A stretch of DNA of 64,000 nucleotides, taken from Selaginella moellendorffii (Eukaryota; Plantae; Lycopodiophyta). A model generated the notes under the pieces. It was not told where the DNA came from. It worked only from the letters and a program-made list of their open reading frames with translations, and searched no databases. Below are positions 60,418 to 64,000 of the stretch, piece by piece; the stretch's first letter is position 1; each line of letters opens with the position of its first letter. Made by a program: the position numbers and the translations under genes. Where the stretch lies: positions 682,019 through 746,018 of the forward strand of contig NW_003314295.1 in assembly GCF_000143415.4 (NCBI RefSeq). The letters are read 5' to 3'.

Positions 60418-61838
60418 GAAGAGTGGGAGCAAGAACTCCTCAACAAATTCTAAAATAAATTTATAAAGAGACTGTTGTAAAAGATCACCTTGATCAGTAG
60501 TGCCCAAGATCATAATATGTTTAGTTAGAGTTCTTGAGAAGAATGTGATAGTTTACAAAGTTTCACTTGCTTTATAAAATTAAAAGCTCTAAAATTGCCT
60601 TCTCTTCCCATGTCCCAAGCTCCCCTAAGTGAAATCCTTTTTAAAGAATAAATCACATAAATGGCTTTATCATCTTATAGCCATTGGGATGATTACTAAT
60701 AGGTTTTAGCCATGTATCCAATTTATTATTTGTAAATTTTACACATGACTTTTCCATGCTTTGCAAATTTCCCACCATAAATGACCAAAATTTTTAAAGA
60801 GTCCCTACAAAGAGCTAGCTATATAGTCTTTACAACAATATTGAAGAAAAGGTGGTGGATTATTTATACTATAAATTATCACTTACTTAGAAAGGTGGAA
60901 TAGGATAGAAGCCATTTTATCAGAAGGATTGAAATGCTTCCTCACATAAGGCTTAACTAGCCACTAACAATTTACCACTAAGTTGAAATTGCTATGTTGA
61001 TTTAATCACAGCTGTAACATGTGAATGATAATGGAAATGTTGAAGCCAGCTATAATGTTATGGAAAAAAATGGAGTGCCATTTACAGGCAACACTGTAGA
61101 AAATGATTGGAAGCAATAAGAGTGATTATAAATGATGAAAATGAATGTTAAAAGGAAAGTAGTGAGAGTGATAAAGAGGTAAAACTTAAAACTTCAATCA
61201 TGATCTAGAAAAGTCAAAACTTACAATTTATTGAGATAAAATAGTATGAGGCTGAAAAACATGATATAAGAACACTTTTATACCTATATGACTTGAAAAG
61301 AGAAACATAGAAATAAAATGAGAAGACTGAAAAAAAGAAAAAAGAACAAAAGGAAAATTAAAAATTAATAAAGAATAAAAAAGACACTTAATGCTAGAAT
61401 GGCTTGAGATTTTTGTGGTTTTGTGTGACAGACCTTACTCACAAAGAAGGCCTGAACAGTATTGGAGAAACATCCACACAGAAGCAGTCTTTAATCCATT
61501 TTGCCTCCCTTGCCAAATTAGTTCCAATGCAATGCCAGCAAACATCTCAAAGAAAAACCTTTCTTTCTTTTGAAGCCACCAAGTTTACAAGTGATGCATA
61601 GAGGGAGGACAGTGGTGGCGAAGTAGCTCATTGTTTTCTGCACTAGGTACTTGAATTGTTTATTCCTGGCTTCGAATCACACAAGCACACAAGTTCCATA
61701 TCTTTCTTATTGTATGAACTGCATGTGCAGCTACAATGTATTCAATGCGTCAAAGTAGCTACTTTCAGCTAGTCATAGACGATCTAGATGTGAAAGAAAA
61801 AATAAGCCAAGTGAGAAGCAGCAAATGGTACTCACCTT

Positions 61839-63338
61839 TCATTTGTAGTAAACCACCACGTCCTCTTCCGCCTTTGGTAGCAAAACCTTGAGCATGCTTT
61901 CCAGATGAAGCCACTCCTTGGACAGCAGATGCCGCTGCTCTCCCGGGCCAACAAGCCTGGCCTGCGAGAATCCCACCAGCATGCCAGCGTAGCCTCCACT
62001 GGGCCTCCGCGAGACGGCCACGTTGGTAAACACAAGGTCCCCATGGAGAATTCCCCGGTTGTGCATACCGCTCACAGCTTCCCTGCATCCCTGCGCTGCA
62101 GCTATGGCAGCTTCTGGTGGGCATGTAGGGTCCGGGAGCGGCACGTCCCCAACTCTAGCGTCGGACATCATGAGGAAGGAGAACATCCCCCCGTGGAAGA
62201 AGCCCAGTGAGTAGAGCACAGGGATGCACCGACCCTGGAGCTTCCGCAGTCTCATGTACATGTTTGCTTCCCAGATCGTCTTGCTCAGCTCCTCCTTCCA
62301 GCGATCGGACAGGGTCAGGTCTCTCAGCTTGAGCACCACCGGCTTGCCCTTCCAAGCTGCTCGAACCACGCAGGACGAGGAGTGAAGTGTTACCATCCCC
62401 TGCAAGCTGCCCATGTCCAAAAACTCGAACTTCGTGGCCATGTCTCTCAGCTTGGCAACCCCCATCTCCTTCGCCAACTCCATGAACCTGTGCTGCAGCA
62501 CATTGAGACGAGAAACTCCTCCGCCACAAACTGGCTTCCATAGTGTTCGAGCTTGTTGAGCTTCGAGTGGTGGAGAACCGTTGTTCCTGGCCAGTTTGAT
62601 GAGATACCCCAGCTTTAACAGCATCTGTGCATGCTCACGAGAAGTGATATGAGCCCTGAGCAACATACTATCTCGCATACACAAAGCCAGTCGATCGTCA
62701 TTGAATGCCACCACACCAAAGGCAACGCTGCTGAGGATCATATAGGCCCAAAGCCTAGTGAACGGGTACATGCTCTAGTCACCATTGCCTGTAACACCGA
62801 CGAGCAGGACTCCCAGTGACGAGTAGGCCACCCCATTGAATGTAACTGCCCAACATAAACAAGAACTTAAAATGTCAACAACTTTGAAATGTGCATGCTT
62901 ACTTGAAGAATCATTAATAGATAGCTCTGGATGCCCGACTAAACAGTCCGAAAACGTCTCCCCCATTCCAAGAAAGGGATAAGCAGCAACTTTTAAAACT
63001 ACCTTGGTGTACTTTGAAGACGTGTCTAGCAGCTTCTGCTTGAACACTTGCACGTCTTTTACGCCCTTCGCAGGATTGGTGTGGTGAGATGCCCACCATT
63101 CTTGAAAACCTGTCTCGAATCCTGGCCAATCCACCACCACGAAGCTATCAATGGGACACATGATGTCCAAAGGCGGTGGATGCGCATAGGCAGGCGAGCA
63201 TCGCGGCACAAGGATCCCATGCAGCTGATTCAGATGAATCACGGGCTCTGGTGTCCATACCCACAAAGAGTCCTCGTCGCTGATACCGCTGACACCTTGC
63301 TCTTGCCTCGCTGACTCAGACGCCATAAAACCTATCAC
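61839..63338 (-). pseudogene. Atypical protein-kinase-like gene (Crinkler/fungal-type), interrupted by one in-frame TAG
   Basis: VVLKL, EANMYMRLRKLQGRCIPVLY, MHNRGILHGDL..TNV; DFG position reads VGF. ORFs 62775-63338 and 61839-62771 are in one frame (GAC TAG AGC ATG). Confidence 0.7.
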
Positions 63339-64000
63339 GCTGTAGCCTCTAGAAATGTCTTATGGCGAGTCCACGTCGATGGGGTATATTCCTCGGTAGA
63401 TCGGCCATTCCTAGAAATCTAGACGATAGAAAACAGTAGTCCAGTGCAGTGGGAGTGTTACCCACCAGCTCACAGCACCAAGGAGATGCCTCTCCTCACT
63501 TCGCAACTGCAATAGTACCAGCTTCTCTCTTTCTCTTATGCACTCCTCACCAAACGTGCTTGGGGCGTCGAGATTCTCCAATCCAACTCACTGTCTCAGG
63601 AAGGCGTCCTTGCGTGCCCAAGAAAGTGGCAAGCCCTAGGATTCTTTCTCGGCTCGTGGCAACAGGATCGCGACGACCCACAGCGTCTAGCATTCTCTTT
63701 TCGTGGAGGTGCCAGCGAACAAAAAAAGGATTTTCTCGTCCACTGGGCCATCGATCAGTCGCCGCGGCAGCGCGCATTTCATCGAGGTGAGCTGGAAATC
63801 AATCGCTGCCGGGGTTCTTATCCTCCATCCACGTGATTAGGGCTCTCGGGTCCACTCGGCATTGGAGCTCGCGTAGATGATACTTCGGCGGCGACGATTC
63901 CTCCAGCGACGCGGCGGCGGCATCAGGTTCGATTTAGAACAGGGACAGGTTGTGGAGGAATGGAGGTGCGTAGTCTTAGCGTGTCTCAGCTTATCTAAGC

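Noticed and set aside
63449-64000. Short ORFs at the window end
   Set aside because: Interrupted by stops with no recognisable domain; may be upstream remnants of the kinase-like pseudogene.

Overview
Eukaryotic plant genomic DNA. The ~56-60 nt introns, very short intergenic spacers, dense PLS-class PPR genes and the retroelement lineages point to a lycophyte such as Selaginella (inference). A gene-dense core (~20.6-50.6 kb) holds four PLS-class PPR editing factors (one DYW), a dirigent protein, two CYP71-clan P450 paralogues plus a fragment, a GH17 glucanase, a coiled-coil gene and a SEC14/SFH gene. It is surrounded and interrupted by decayed LTR retroelements: an Athila/Selgy-like Ty3/gypsy with an extra 3' ORF, a composite TRIM, a Tcn1/Tf1-like chromovirus, and two inverted copies of a short-LTR Ty3/gypsy. 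Most notable: (1) a 195-bp LTR carrying a 5S rRNA-derived segment with compensatory helix changes (Cassandra-like), present twice; (2) swapped TSDs and LTR variants suggesting the 35.6-52.3 kb gene block was inverted by recombination between the two inverted elements; (3) a tRNA-independent self-priming structure in the chromovirus; (4) a Crinkler/fungal-type nuclease-kinase-like pseudogene; (5) a TRIM with two LTR types; (6) a pre-miRNA-like hairpin.
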